The notes: generated by a model from the letters alone, not told the origin. 64,000 bases of DNA from Candidatus Bathyarchaeota archaeon (GCA_963767735.1 CAVYES010000005.1:512001-576000); one strand, 5' to 3'; shown: positions 1-11,406, counted from the first letter of the stretch. Program-made: numbers and translations.

Positions 1-298
1 CAGTTAAGGTATACTAGCATTTAAAGCTGCACTATTACACTTGGATAACGACTCCGATTTTGACAGCCAACTTCAGTAAATTTACCGTTTCATAAGTTTT
101 TCATTATTTCTTTTGCAATAGCTTGATCTCTTTTTCCTTTTCTTAGTGCGGATTTAGAAATAGGGTCGCCGTTTCTGCTATCTTTGTTGGGGGTATCAAT
201 TCCTCTTATTAGGGAGCCAAGCGGTAAACATTAAAAACCGAGATACTGATTTTGGGTTTCAAGGTTTTCCCGTTATTTTGTTTTAGGCGAAAGCATCT

Positions 299-1240
299 TT
301 AGGTCGGCATATGTTTCCTCAAAAAGCCGATCCTCTTACATAGAAGGGGCAAGAGTTGGTCTGCTGCGAAGAACGCGATTGTGGCGTAGGCAATTCCACC
401 TAAGACATCAGTAAAATAGTGTTCGCCAAGGTAGACTGCGCTAAACCAAGTTCCGACAGGTATCGATAATGCTGGGAGTGCTTTCCATTTCCAGATTTTG
501 AACGCGAAAAGAAAGACCAGCCAGGGCATAGCTGAATGCATGCTGGGAAATGCGGCGTATGCGTTTGGGCTTAGAAAATCAAACAAGGTTTTGTAGACTG
601 GAAGGCCTAGGCTGGCATCAACTGAACCAGTTAAGATTCGAGTAACGTCTGGAACGGCAATCCATGGAGGCGCGACGGGGTAAAAGAGGAAAGTTATCAA
701 AGCACTGTATGTTAATACGGCGAAGGCAATGGTGTATTTCCAGTAGTGCTTGGGGGCTTTTTTCCAAACAATATAAGCAAAGACGGTTGGCACAAAAAAG
801 TATATGCCGTAGAAAAAGGCTCCCATGTAATTTAAAACAGGCATCTTTATCGTTTCTTGAAGAATTAGGCTTGGCACTTGCCCGAACATTTGCATATCCA
901 AATTGTAGGGTCCCGTCTGAAGACTGTACTGCGAGATAGTGCCTATAAAACTGTACATTACTTCATAAGAGACAAACACAGTGACGAATGGAAGCCAATC
1001 TTTAAGGGCATGCCAGGTCCGTTCATTATACGTACAGTAAATTAGGATGCCTAAAACTAGAAATTCAGGTCCAGGAATAATTTTGTATATAATGCAGAAA
1101 ATAGCCACCGCTACAATGTATAATGCTGATAAAAGAAGAGAGAAGAAGCGGGTAGAGCGATAATTAATATTTTTCAATGCACCCTTTGATTTCTCGCCTT
1201 CTTCTCGGTTTTTTTCCATTACCCAATCATTACCAGACAC
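299..1240 (-). CDS. PAP2-superfamily membrane protein (Aur1/inositol phosphorylceramide synthase-like)
   Basis: Multi-TM; motifs YPVAPPW, AFPSMH and VYLGEHYFTD. Confidence 0.8.
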   Translation of the reverse strand: MSGNDWVMEKNREEGEKSKGALKNINYRSTRFFSLLLSALYIVAVAIFCIIYKIIPGPEFLVLGILIYCTYNERTWHALKDWLPFVTVFVSYEVMYSFIGTISQYSLQTGPYNLDMQMFGQVPSLILQETIKMPVLNYMGAFFYGIYFFVPTVFAYIVWKKAPKHYWKYTIAFAVLTYSALITFLFYPVAPPWIAVPDVTRILTGSVDASLGLPVYKTLFDFLSPNAYAAFPSMHSAMPWLVFLFAFKIWKWKALPALSIPVGTWFSAVYLGEHYFTDVLGGIAYATIAFFAADQLLPLLCKRIGFLRKHMPT

Positions 1241-1429
1241 TTAGCTTGTATGTTGCTTTTTAAATGCTTTTTCCCAATTCCACCCCTAAAAAACAAAAAA
1301 TGCTTTAGACGCATACTGGGTAAAACCGACTATTGCACTTTAATTTGCCACTTCACGGGTATAGAGTGCATTTCAGCATTAGCCAACGTCTAAATGGATT
1401 GCTATGTAATAAAAAGTGCAGGCAAAAAT

Positions 1430-2065
1430 TTAGGCTGGCATAAAATAGCTCGGGCTGCCGTAAAAAGCTACGTTTCTAGCCATGGTTCGAGCTGCATGCG
1501 AGCTTTGGCAAAGCTTACTGATATTTGACATAAGCTGATAGGACGCTTTTAAAGCCAAGTTTAAGTCGTGGTTTGTTAAGAATTTTGCTTCTATATTTAG
1601 CGCTGTCCCTTGAATGTTTGCTGCTATTTGGATGCCGCCGTCTTCCGTAATCCACTTCAAGGTGACGCCTTGATTATTTTCTGATATGCCTAGCCAACGT
1701 AGACAACCAAACCATTTACCTTTAAGCGACAGAATGAGTTGTTGCGTCATAAGGTCTGATGGAAGGAAAGTCTGAATCAGCGGCGTCGTTGATTCCTCTT
1801 TGCGCGGTTGGTTAAGTTTCAGTTCAGTTATCTTTGGAGTGACCCTGTAGCCTTCGGGTCCTTTTCTCACGATGCCCTCTTCCTCCAGTCGAACAAGTAT
1901 GCGCGAGAGTGTTTCCGAATGCAGTCCTGTTCTTCGTTTTAACCCATCAAACGTGAATATAGCTAAGTCTTCTGTTTCAATTAGTGCCAACACGTCAGCG
2001 TCGCGTTCGCTAAGGGAGTAGTCAGCTGGAAGGCTTTGCCAATTAACATTCAGAACAGGTATCAT
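1430..2065 (-). CDS. Winged-helix DNA-binding domain protein
   Basis: N-terminal wHTH (FDGLKRRTGLHSETLSRILVRLEEEGIV). Confidence 0.65.
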   Translation of the reverse strand: MIPVLNVNWQSLPADYSLSERDADVLALIETEDLAIFTFDGLKRRTGLHSETLSRILVRLEEEGIVRKGPEGYRVTPKITELKLNQPRKEESTTPLIQTFLPSDLMTQQLILSLKGKWFGCLRWLGISENNQGVTLKWITEDGGIQIAANIQGTALNIEAKFLTNHDLNLALKASYQLMSNISKLCQSSHAARTMARNVAFYGSPSYFMPA

Positions 2066-2198
2066 TATTCTAATTTTAGGTTACGGAGTTGCTTTTGAAT
2101 GTTGCTTATTTTTTTCATGAAAAGCAACAATGCAAAGGATACTTGGATTACTGAATAGTTGCCTTGCTTTTGCTTGAACTTTACCTTTCTTTGGATTG

Positions 2199-2843
2199 TT
2201 ACCTTAAGGTCACTTTTTCGCCGGTGGCAATGTAGACTACGGCTTCCATAATGTGTGTGGCATGATCCGCAATACGTTCAAGATATCTTACTACGAGCGT
2301 ACTTGATACGGTGCAGTCATTTGTGACGCCTGCAGTCTTCACCAGTTTACCCAGAAATTCGAGGTACATGTCATCTACTCCTTGCTCGGTTTTAGTCATC
2401 TTCTTAACGAGCTCTACATCCAAGCTTCTTAGGGAGTTAATGCTTGTTGTGACCATTTGGAGAACTTTTTCAGCCATTTTCTCTATGTACTCAAATACCC
2501 ACCCATCACAAGTGCTGTGTCCATTGAAACGTGTGCTGATAAAAGAGATGTCCCAAGCATACCTGCCGTAACGCTCAAAATCGTAGGCTACTTTCATGTA
2601 AGAGTTTATGATTCGTAAGTCAGAAGCTACTGGCTGATACTTTGCGATCAAACTGAAAGCTTTTTCTTCAACCTCGACAGTGTTTCCTACGAGAATTTCG
2701 GAGATTTCATGGACATCGTTTGAAGTATCTTTGCTTTCGAGAAAGCCTCTTAACGATATTGCTACCGCTTTTTCGGCATCTTTACCCATCTTGACAACCA
2801 TTGTTGTTATTTCTTCTAAGCCTTTATCTAGCAGTCTTTGCAT
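2199..2843 (-). CDS. phoU: Phosphate signalling protein PhoU
   Basis: Two PhoU repeats (YQPVASDLR..DFERYG, RYLERIADHA); last gene of pst operon. Confidence 0.92.
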   Translation of the reverse strand: MQRLLDKGLEEITTMVVKMGKDAEKAVAISLRGFLESKDTSNDVHEISEILVGNTVEVEEKAFSLIAKYQPVASDLRIINSYMKVAYDFERYGRYAWDISFISTRFNGHSTCDGWVFEYIEKMAEKVLQMVTTSINSLRSLDVELVKKMTKTEQGVDDMYLEFLGKLVKTAGVTNDCTVSSTLVVRYLERIADHATHIMEAVVYIATGEKVTLR

Positions 2844-2852
2844 AATTTCACT

Positions 2853-3659
2853 TTATCCGAACTTTCCAGTTATGTATTTTTCTGTTAACTCACTTTTTGG
2901 ATTCTCGAATACTTCTGAGGTTGTGTCGAACTCTATTAGCTGACCTAGATACATGAAAGCGGTGAAATCTGAAACCCGAGCAGCCTGTTGCATATTATGA
3001 GTCACAATTATAATCGTGAACTCCTTTTTAAGCTCAACAATTGACTCTTCAATTTTAGCTGTGGCGATAGGGTCAAGCGCTGAGCAGGGCTCGTCCATAA
3101 GAATTATTTCTGGCTCGACCGCAAGAGCTCGTGCTATGCATAGTCTCTGCTGTTGTCCCCCGGACAAGTCAACTCCCGATTTTTTAAGATCATCTTTGAC
3201 TTCGTCCCAGAGGAAAGCCATCCGAAGGCTTCTTTCTGCCACCTGGTCAAGTGTCTCTTTGTTTCTTACACCAGCGAGTTTCAAGCCTGCTATCGTATTT
3301 TCAAATATGGACATTGTAGGAAAAGGATTGGCCTTCTGGAAAACCATACCTATTCTTCTGCGAATAGCAACTGGATCAACCTGCGGCGAATAAATGTTCA
3401 CTCCATCCAAAATGACCTCTCCTTCGACTTTTGCATTCGGCGTCAATTCATGAATTCGGTTGAGACATCTTATCAACGTGGTTTTTCCACATCCAGAAGG
3501 ACCCATAATAGCAGTTACCTTATTTTCAGGGAAGCTTAAGTTGATCCCCTTTAGAACTTGTACTTTCCCAAAATTGGCTTTCAAGTCTTTCGTTGATAAC
3601 TTAACCGTCGTTGAATCAAGGTTTTTATTTTTGCTTATTTTAATTGTCCCTCCTAACAT
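2853..3659 (-). CDS. pstB: Phosphate ABC transporter ATPase
   Basis: Walker [40 protein letters not shown] end. Confidence 0.96.
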   Translation of the reverse strand: MLGGTIKISKNKNLDSTTVKLSTKDLKANFGKVQVLKGINLSFPENKVTAIMGPSGCGKTTLIRCLNRIHELTPNAKVEGEVILDGVNIYSPQVDPVAIRRRIGMVFQKANPFPTMSIFENTIAGLKLAGVRNKETLDQVAERSLRMAFLWDEVKDDLKKSGVDLSGGQQQRLCIARALAVEPEIILMDEPCSALDPIATAKIEESIVELKKEFTIIIVTHNMQQAARVSDFTAFMYLGQLIEFDTTSEVFENPKSELTEKYITGKFG

Positions 3660-3697
3660 AATTTTGCATGCGACCTATTGAATTTTTAGTCATTATC

Positions 3698-4576
3698 CTA
3701 CGCATACATCCTTGCTCCTTTTATTTTTCTTCCTACCGTAAGCTTGACCAAAAGATTCAATGCGAGCATAATAAGTATTAGGACTAAAGCTGCACCCCAC
3801 GCCTGAGTTTGCCAAGATGTGTACGGAGAAGTAGCGTAATTGTAGATGAGTACGGTCATTGAAGCTGTCGGCTGAAATATACTTTTGGCAAAGTAAATGC
3901 TTGAAGATGCTGTTAATAGGATAGGAGCTGTTTCTCCTGTCGCACGCGCCACGGCCAACAATATGCCAGTTAACAGCCCGTTTTTCCCTGTGCCTATAAC
4001 GATTCTAAGCACAGTTTTCCATCTTGGGATTCCAAGAGCCAGCGACGCTTCCCTCAATGTCATTGGAACAAGCTTAAGAGATTCACCTGTTGTCCTCGCG
4101 ATGATAGGAAGCATCACGAAACTAAGGGCGACACCACCTGCAAAAGCAGAAAACTGTTTCGAAGGTAAGACAATTATGACAAAAACGAACAGTCCCAACA
4201 CAATTGAGGGAAATCCAGTAAGCACATCGTTCATAAAACTTGAAAACGTGGAAAGCTTAGAGTTAGACCATTCTGAAAAAAAGATGCCGGCCCCAATACC
4301 TATGGGTACAGAGATAAGAGCGGCTATACCCACCATCGTGAAAGTTCCAACTATGGCGTTGGCTATTCCTCCGCTTGAAACATTTAGTGGGTTCTGCGCA
4401 CGGGTAAGAAAACCTATGCTTAGAGCGGGTGCCCCTCGCATGAAAACGTCTCCGAGTATGAGTATTAGCGGTATTATTGCCAAGGCAACAGCGATTATAA
4501 CTAATACAGTCATTAATTTGTTAACGATTTTTCGCCAGAGTGAAATACTCGCGGGCAGATTATATTTTGTTGCCAC
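3698..4576 (-). CDS. pstA: Phosphate ABC transporter permease
   Basis: PSIVLGLF, LREASLALG, ARATGETAP motifs. Confidence 0.95.
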   Translation of the reverse strand: MATKYNLPASISLWRKIVNKLMTVLVIIAVALAIIPLILILGDVFMRGAPALSIGFLTRAQNPLNVSSGGIANAIVGTFTMVGIAALISVPIGIGAGIFFSEWSNSKLSTFSSFMNDVLTGFPSIVLGLFVFVIIVLPSKQFSAFAGGVALSFVMLPIIARTTGESLKLVPMTLREASLALGIPRWKTVLRIVIGTGKNGLLTGILLAVARATGETAPILLTASSSIYFAKSIFQPTASMTVLIYNYATSPYTSWQTQAWGAALVLILIMLALNLLVKLTVGRKIKGARMYA

Positions 4577-4587
4577 CTCAAACCCCC

Positions 4588-5517
4588 CTAAGCTTTAATT
4601 TCCTTTCCACGAGTCATCCTCCAAAGCAGTATCCGAGCAAGACCATTAATTAATACAGCTACAAAAAACAAGATTAAACCTAATTCGATTAAAGCCCCTA
4701 GAAAAACCCCTGAAGACTCGCCGAATTGATTGGCGATAATTGAAGATAAAGTGGCGCCAGGCGAGAACAAACTTGAAGAAACCGAAGGAATGTTACCGAT
4801 CACCATGGTAACAGCCATAGTTTCGCCGAAAGCCCGTCCCAGCCCCAAAATAAACCCACCAAATATACCCGACCGGGCATACGGCAAAACGCTTTTCTGA
4901 GTAACCTCCCAATCTGTAGCGCCAAGCGAGTACATTGCTTCACGCTGACTATTTGGAACCACACTTAAAACATCTCTAGTGACTGCTGACATCGTTGGAA
5001 TAATCATTATTGCTAATATGATTCCAGCGGTAAAAAAATCGTATCCAAAAGGATGTCCCGAGAATAAAGAGATGAAACCAAGAGACTTATTCAGGGGCTT
5101 TTCAACATAATCCTTCAAAAGTGGTATTAAGACAAAAACTCCCCATAGACCGTAAATAACACTGGGCACAGCAGCGAGGAGATCAACTATTGTTCCTAAC
5201 ATATAACCAAAGGTTTGATGGCTTTTTAGCTTCTCAGAGATAAAGATAGCTATCCCCAAACTGATTGGGAAACCGATTACAATAGCAATCGCCGAAGTAA
5301 CCAATGTTCCATAAATAAACGGCCAAGCACCAAATACATTATTACTTGGTTGCCATTTCGATCCAACCAAAAAGCTTGGCCCGAATTTAAATAATGATGG
5401 CGCTGAGCCGAGAAAAAGTTCAACAGCAAGTCCAACAACAACGCCGATAACGAACAAAGCTGTTGCTGCAAGAAGGATTTTTAGTATTACATCTCCTCTT
5501 AGCAGCCTGAATCGCAA
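4588..5517 (-). CDS. pstC: Phosphate ABC transporter permease
   Basis: LAAVPSVIYGLWG, GLGRAFGETMAV motifs. Confidence 0.95.
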   Translation of the reverse strand: MRFRLLRGDVILKILLAATALFVIGVVVGLAVELFLGSAPSLFKFGPSFLVGSKWQPSNNVFGAWPFIYGTLVTSAIAIVIGFPISLGIAIFISEKLKSHQTFGYMLGTIVDLLAAVPSVIYGLWGVFVLIPLLKDYVEKPLNKSLGFISLFSGHPFGYDFFTAGIILAIMIIPTMSAVTRDVLSVVPNSQREAMYSLGATDWEVTQKSVLPYARSGIFGGFILGLGRAFGETMAVTMVIGNIPSVSSSLFSPGATLSSIIANQFGESSGVFLGALIELGLILFFVAVLINGLARILLWRMTRGKEIKA

Positions 5518-5583
5518 TTTTGCGGTCCTCAGTATTTTTGGTTAATTTAAAAAAGATAGGGAAGAATAGCTATTAAATTATAG

Positions 5584-6926
5584 CTAAACTATTGGTGCTC
5601 CACCGTTGTAGGTTATTGTATCGATTGATGCTGTGTCTACCGCGACTACGTTGGCTGGCAACGGGACGTATCCTAAACCTGATCCTAATGATTGACCGGC
5701 GGGGCTTACGACCCACTGTAGGAAGTTGACGAGGGCTGCGGCTGAGGCAGCGTTAGTAATGGACGATGGAGTCTGGTTTTGATATACTAGCGCATAGGTC
5801 ATGGTTGCAATTGGATACACAGTTGTGGCTGCTGTATCGGTGAATATGTTGTCGACTATCGATACGCTTGTCCATGAGGCACTTCCCAATGGAAGACCGT
5901 AGAGGCTCCGGCTGAAAGGGCTGCTCCAATGTTTGTTACGTTAGCTAAGATGAAGTTGCTTGCGGCGTTTTCAACAGCGCCGTAGTAAAGTGAGCTTTGA
6001 CCTGTGTTTTCAAGTATATAAGCTATTTCAAGTGGACCGATTGCTCCATTATTTCCGGAAATGGCTGCTGCTACACCTGCATTTTTGGGAGCTGCTATAG
6101 TACCGCCTGAAGTAGTTACCCAATTGGGGGTTGTACTCTCTCCAATGGTTGTCTTAAATGCTGAGCTTGAGTCAGATAAGAAATCGCTGAAGGCGAACAT
6201 GGTTCCGCTTCCATCAGATCGATGAACAGTGATTATAGGCGTACTAGGCAATTGAGCTGCTACGGCTGGACTTTGTAAAGCTTGAATTGAAGGGTCATTC
6301 CAAGTTGTTACAGTTCCCAAGAAAATATTTGCAAGAACTGCGCCAGTGAAATTGAGACCATTCTGACAAACTGAACCGTTGAGAAGCTTTAGATTATATG
6401 CTGGTACGACTGCGCTGGCGGATATTGGAATTGTTAATGCTGTTGTGCCCGAGGGAAGTGCCGCGTACTGTGCTGCGGTCATAGGTGCATCTGATTCACC
6501 GAAATTGACTACTTGATTCTTAAAATCCGTAATTCCTGCGCCGCTTCCTTCTGCATTGTAGTTAACTGTTATTTGTGGTTCGGCTGATCCATAGGCGCCT
6601 TGCCAAACAGACATTAGCGGAGCGACAAGTGTACCTCCGCCGCCGTTTATCGTTGCTGACGCTAACGGCGCTGCGGTTGGTACTGGGGTTGCTGTTGGAA
6701 CTGGAGTTTCAATTATAACTATGGGTGTAGGTGCAGGTGCAGTTGTGGGTGCAACAGTGGGTTTAGCCGTTGGTGCAGCTGTTGGTGTAGCTGTTGGTGC
6801 AGGCGTTGCTGCGGGTTTTGAGGGGGTTGATAACGCTATGTACGCAAAAGCTCCTCCTACGATGATAACGATTACAATGATTGCTGCTACAATTATATAC
6901 GTAGTTTTCATTTTTTTAACCTTCAA
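5584..6926 (-). CDS. pstS: Phosphate-binding protein PstS with N-terminal anchor and Pro/Thr/Ala linker; one frameshift near 5897
   Basis: GSGAG, HRSDGSGT and YPI motifs; ORFs 5856-6926 and 5584-5889 join as ...ASTGLPLGSASW if one base is restored. Confidence 0.9.
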
Positions 6927-6972
6927 TAGCCTATTTAGTGCCTCATTATAAGAGTGTGACCTCCATAAACAC

Positions 6973-6983
6973 TATAGACTATA
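6973..6983. promoter_or_regulatory. Putative phosphate-regulon operator TATAG-N-CTATA upstream of pstS
   Basis: TATAGACTATA; the same palindrome (TATAGTCTATA) lies at 7392-7402 before the divergent regulator. Confidence 0.45.
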
Positions 6984-7419
6984 TATAAAATCAATTCACA
7001 TATGTATAATACATAATATTTTAAAATGGCAAAGAATCAGCCTATAAACATATAAAAAAAAGCTTAGATGCGACTAATTGCAAAAGGGACAGAAAAATAG
7101 GAACAAAGAAAATTCCAATTTACAAGGGTTCGGATTCTTTTCATTTCCAAATCAAGGGGTAATGCGGAATAAGCTTAAAGGATGGAGCCCTCTGCGTTCC
7201 ATTAAGTTACCGGTGGGCTGTGAGTTGTTTGTGAGTGGTGAGCGTACGTTGTTGTTATGCGCCTATCGCGGTGATGGCAATTATTGTGATTATTTGCATG
7301 TATTTAGGTCTCATAGTTTTCGTTCATCGGTTTTTTAAAACTGAAAATGCCTGATTTTTATATAGTAAATTTAGTAAATATCCATAAAATTTATAGTCTA
7401 TATAGATATAACTAATATA

Positions 7420-8505
7420 TTGATGCACCATAAAAGAGCTAACTTGGCGTTAAGCGTGACTAAAGAAGTAGAGAAGCAAAACGAAGAGCAACGCAAGCTT
7501 CAGGTGACAGGCGGATCAACCTTTATACTTTCATTACCCAAAGATTGGGCGATTCGAAATGAGCTTAAACGGGGAAGCTCAATGGTGGTACGCGAGGAAG
7601 ACGATGGATCTCTGTCTATATCGCCTTCAAAGTTTGTAAAGAAAGAGAAGCAAGATGAAGCTTTCATCAAAGCATCCTTAAACGATAATCCTGACGCCGT
7701 TATGAGAACCGCCATTTCCGCCTATTTAGACGGCTTCAACATCCTGCACATTAGAGCGCAGGGACAAAAACTTCTCTCCTCAAAACTTAGAAATCACCTC
7801 AAAACCTTTGCCCGACACTACTTGGTTGGAACAGAAATCGTGATAGATACCCCAACCGAGTTGACCCTGCAGGTTTTGCTTAATTATCCTGAACTCACGG
7901 TTCAAAACGCACTTAGCCGAATGTCAATAATAGCCTCCTCTATGCATAAAGAAGCCATAGCAGCACTAAAAAAGCTGGATTATTCAGCTGCAAAATCGGT
8001 TATTGAAACCGACCGTGAAGTTAACCGCTTCGGCCTCTACATAGTGCGGTTGCTTAAGCTGGCTGTTTCAAACCCAAGAATCGTCAAAGAAATCGGATTA
8101 AACAGCCAAAAAGACTGTTTAGGGTACAGGCTTATAGCGAAAGCCGTTGAGAGAACCGCGGACCACGCAACAAAAATCGCTGAAAACACCCTTCTCCTGA
8201 AAGAGATTGTAAATGTGGAGCTTATAGAAAAAATAAGTCAGCTGAGTAGTTTGGCCAATTCAATGTTTGAAACCTCTATGGACGCGTTATTTAGACATGA
8301 CTTTAACTTAGCTGAAGGCGTAATTGAAAAAATAAGCCAAGTGCACAAATTAGAGAAAGAAACCGTTCTTTACTCCCAAAATGTCAAGGTTGAAGAAATC
8401 GCTAACCTAAGGCTACTGATCGAGAGTGTAAGGAGAACAGCAGAATACGCCAGTGACATTTCCGAAATTGTGCTAAACTTAAATGTCGAATCAGTCCTAA
8501 GCTAG
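7420..8505 (+). CDS. AbrB-PhoU phosphate uptake regulator
   Basis: N-terminal RKLQVTGGSTFILSLPKDW (AbrB) plus two PhoU domains; divergent from pst. Confidence 0.9.
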   Translation: MMHHKRANLALSVTKEVEKQNEEQRKLQVTGGSTFILSLPKDWAIRNELKRGSSMVVREEDDGSLSISPSKFVKKEKQDEAFIKASLNDNPDAVMRTAISAYLDGFNILHIRAQGQKLLSSKLRNHLKTFARHYLVGTEIVIDTPTELTLQVLLNYPELTVQNALSRMSIIASSMHKEAIAALKKLDYSAAKSVIETDREVNRFGLYIVRLLKLAVSNPRIVKEIGLNSQKDCLGYRLIAKAVERTADHATKIAENTLLLKEIVNVELIEKISQLSSLANSMFETSMDALFRHDFNLAEGVIEKISQVHKLEKETVLYSQNVKVEEIANLRLLIESVRRTAEYASDISEIVLNLNVESVLS

Positions 8506-8647
8506 TTTCTTAAACCTACTTTTTTTGATTGCCTAGCAAAAACGCTATCTCTCTTATGCTAGGGAGCGAAAAACAGAAAAGAAATTAATATAGGCTTAGT
8601 GAGTCCCGGACCCATTTTGGGACATATTGAGTTAAGCTACGCGCGGT

Positions 8648-8821
8648 TTACTGAAAGGCTTCAAAGAAACAGATTACATCGGGGCTTTGATTTATGCTGG
8701 AATTGTCAATCAGATGAGCTGTTCCGTCTGGGCAATAAACTTTGTCGCCTTTAAAAGTTTTTTTGTATCGTACACTGCATTCCTTAAGCATGGTGCAACC
8801 GTCGCAATCTCTTGAGAGCAT
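8648..8821 (-). CDS. 57-aa Cys-rich micro-protein (not in ORF track)
   Basis: MLSRDCDGCTMLKECSVRYKKTFKGDKVYCPDGTAHLID...; SD GAGGTGA upstream. Confidence 0.7.
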   Translation of the reverse strand: MLSRDCDGCTMLKECSVRYKKTFKGDKVYCPDGTAHLIDNSSINQSPDVICFFEAFQ

Positions 8822-9060
8822 TCATTTTTCACCTCTACTTATTTTCAAATAGAAATTGGTTTGAGGCACCTATAGAGATTCTGTCCATAATATATATAGA
8901 AAACAATGCACAGATTAACTCTTAAAAAATATGAGGAACGAGCGTACTCAGCAATTGGTTTGTTAAGCTTCAAATTTAGCGTTTTTAGATTTCAGACGCA
9001 ATTTTTCTGCAAACCGCGCATTCAATTTAGTTTGGCAAGTAAATGCTTCCAAGTATGTCA

Positions 9061-9218
9061 ACTCCGAAACGGAAAGCAACATTTTTCAACGCCATTAAAC
9101 AGAAAGAAACGCTGTTAAACAGAAAGAAACGCTGCTAAACGGAAAAGAACGCAGAAAAACGCAACCTGCAAATGTTCCTAACCCTGAATCAAAAAAGCAG
9201 ACAGAAACGCAAAGAACA
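9061..9218 (+). repeat. Array-plus-core element, copy A
   Basis: Ten consecutive 10-mers ending in AAC (9061-9160), then core CAACCTGCAAATGTTCCTAACCCTGAATCAAAAAAGCAG...AGAACA (9162-9218). Confidence 0.8.
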
Positions 9219-9302
9219 AAATCTTAGACCAAGACAAACTAAAAGCGCACTGAGAAACATTTAAGAAATAAGAAACAACCTGTAAAGAGCCCGAGACGGC
9301 TG

Positions 9303-9959
9303 ATGAAGCAAATCGGATTGAAAGTGAAAGGCATTTTCTTGGATTTAGACGGCACAATAGTTGACTCCAGAGAAGCCTACAAGGAAGCTGCAAGAATAGC
9401 TTGTGAAGCCGTCGGGCAAAAACCGCTAGCTGACAAAGCTGCCTTTGAGATTCCTAGAAGGCTCGAGCAGGGTCTCACAATCAGCGACATCGTAAAGGGC
9501 AACTCTAAAAAATTTCTAAGCATATACTTTGAAACTTACTACTCCATTACCCGAGAAAAAACCAGACTTATACCTAATGTTTCCGAAACGCTTGAAAGCT
9601 TATCGGCAAAAACCAAACTTGCCCTAATAACCATGCGGTATGCCCCCAAACAAGCCATAATAGCAGAGCTAGAGTGCTTTGGCATATCAAAATATTTCAC
9701 TCATGTTGTAACCGCGCTGGATACTTCTAAGCCAAAGCCATCTCCTGATGCGTTAATTGCATGTGTCAAAGCCTTAGATGTTGAAATATGTGACTGTATC
9801 ATTGCAGGGGACTCGGTTAACGATGTTCGCGCTGGGAAAGCCGCGGGCGCGAGAACTGTGGCAGTTTTATCTGGGCTTTTTCAATGCGAAGAGCTACTCA
9901 AAGAACGCCCCGATTTAATTTTAAACGATGTCAATGCTCTTCCAAAGTTTATCAAATAA
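9303..9959 (+). CDS. HAD-superfamily hydrolase (phosphoglycolate phosphatase-like)
   Basis: DLDGT, KPSP and GDSVND motifs. Confidence 0.9.
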   Translation: MKQIGLKVKGIFLDLDGTIVDSREAYKEAARIACEAVGQKPLADKAAFEIPRRLEQGLTISDIVKGNSKKFLSIYFETYYSITREKTRLIPNVSETLESLSAKTKLALITMRYAPKQAIIAELECFGISKYFTHVVTALDTSKPKPSPDALIACVKALDVEICDCIIAGDSVNDVRAGKAAGARTVAVLSGLFQCEELLKERPDLILNDVNALPKFIK

Positions 9960-10058
9960 CTCCTATGGCATATTTCAGAATTTGAAATATTGCTAGAACC
10001 TGAATAGCCAGTTATATTCCTCAATAAAAATAAGGTTTAATAAAAACCTCAATCTAAC

Positions 10059-10709
10059 ATGAATATGGAGAAGGGCTTCGGAGCGGGAGTCAGTATGAAC
10101 TTTGTTGAATTGATGATAGGAGAGAAATTGAAAGAAGCGGATTCAGCCCTGGACGTTATGGGGTCAGACCGCAAAGTTTTGCAGGTTGCTTGCCAAGACT
10201 TTACGAATTTTCTTAAATTTCATTGGAACTTGATGGGGAAAGAAGCATGCCAATGCGAACTAGTTGAGCGGTTGGAGAACATTTTCAAGGAAGATTCATC
10301 GGAGCTAGACGCGTTCTTAACTGTTTGGATTGGCATCTGGTTCAAAAAATGGAAGGAACGAGTCAAGCTTCTCATAGGTGACCAGAACGCTAGCCGATGG
10401 AATAAAGTTTCAAAAACTCTCGCTAACGCTGAACCTCTATGGAAGAAAATTGAGCAAAAGCAAGAACTTCAAGAGCTCATAGTCTCCACGCTGGTTAAAA
10501 ACGGAGAAATCTGCGGAACCGACATCTTATCCGAGAATCTGCTGAAGATGGAGCTTGGAGAAGGCTGCGTTCAAAATCTAAGCGACAGAGACAGAGTTTT
10601 TACTGTAGTTAATGAGGCGTTGAGGAAAGCTCGTGAGATGGCTCAAAGCAAAGGTCCGCTAATCTTTGTCAAGGTCGACAAAGGCTACTACAGTTCAGGA
10701 ACCGAGTAA
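10059..10709 (+). CDS. Hypothetical protein
   Basis: 216-aa ORF with protein-like composition; no motif recognised. Confidence 0.65.
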   Translation: MNMEKGFGAGVSMNFVELMIGEKLKEADSALDVMGSDRKVLQVACQDFTNFLKFHWNLMGKEACQCELVERLENIFKEDSSELDAFLTVWIGIWFKKWKERVKLLIGDQNASRWNKVSKTLANAEPLWKKIEQKQELQELIVSTLVKNGEICGTDILSENLLKMELGEGCVQNLSDRDRVFTVVNEALRKAREMAQSKGPLIFVKVDKGYYSSGTE

Positions 10710-10773
10710 GCGTTCAGCTTACTTTAGTTTTTTTATAAAGCAGATTTATTAGCTGTCAGCCTTACTGTTTTTT

Positions 10774-11331
10774 ATGGCTCGTTTTGTTATTTTCCTTCGG
10801 GCAATTAATGTTGGCGGCCACACTGTCGCTAAGGCAAAGTTGCAAGAAGCCTTCATCTGCTTAGGATACCAAAACGTTTCCACATTCAAACAAAGCGGCA
10901 ATGTAATCCTTGAAACCGACGAGCCGGATCCAACTGAAATTAAGAGAAATGTAGAGAAAACTCTTCGCAACTTGTTGGGCTACGATGTGGCGGCGTTTGT
11001 ACGCACAATCCCGCAGATCAAAGCAATAGTTAATCTTGAACCCTTCAAGGGCTATGATAAAGAAGGCGCCAGTTTTCTGGTAACATTTCTTGAAGATGCT
11101 CCCTCGGAGTTTCCACTCAAGTTGCCCCTGATTATTCCGAAATCGACGGCGCAGATAATTTCAGTGAAAGGTAACGAGGTTTTCAATGTGACTCATGGCG
11201 GCGGTGAGGGCGGGCTGCCTAACCCTTTTCTTGAGTCCAAGCTAAAACTGAAGGCAACCACCCGAAATATGAACACAATTGCTCAAATAGTCGAAAAGTT
11301 CTCTGAAAAAGATCAGAAAGGAAAGGGCTGA
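10774..11331 (+). CDS. DUF1697 family protein
   Basis: FLRAINVGG, QSGNV and ATTRN motifs. Confidence 0.88.
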   Translation: MARFVIFLRAINVGGHTVAKAKLQEAFICLGYQNVSTFKQSGNVILETDEPDPTEIKRNVEKTLRNLLGYDVAAFVRTIPQIKAIVNLEPFKGYDKEGASFLVTFLEDAPSEFPLKLPLIIPKSTAQIISVKGNEVFNVTHGGGEGGLPNPFLESKLKLKATTRNMNTIAQIVEKFSEKDQKGKG

Positions 11332-11406
11332 GAAAAGTTTGGAAGAACAGCTTAACAGTCTTTCTTAAAGAATGAAATCAATAATAGAGGTACTGGAGCT
11401 TGAGGA

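Noticed and set aside
3897-4598. Long antisense ORFs (also 46179-46604, 60774-61205 and others)
   Set aside because: Antisense shadows of well-supported genes.
6660-6830. Tandem repeat in pstS
   Set aside because: Ordinary Pro/Thr/Ala linker codons.
7078-7338. ORF between pstS and its regulator
   Set aside because: Not protein-like; the minus strand shows at most a stop-interrupted hydrophobic leader relic.
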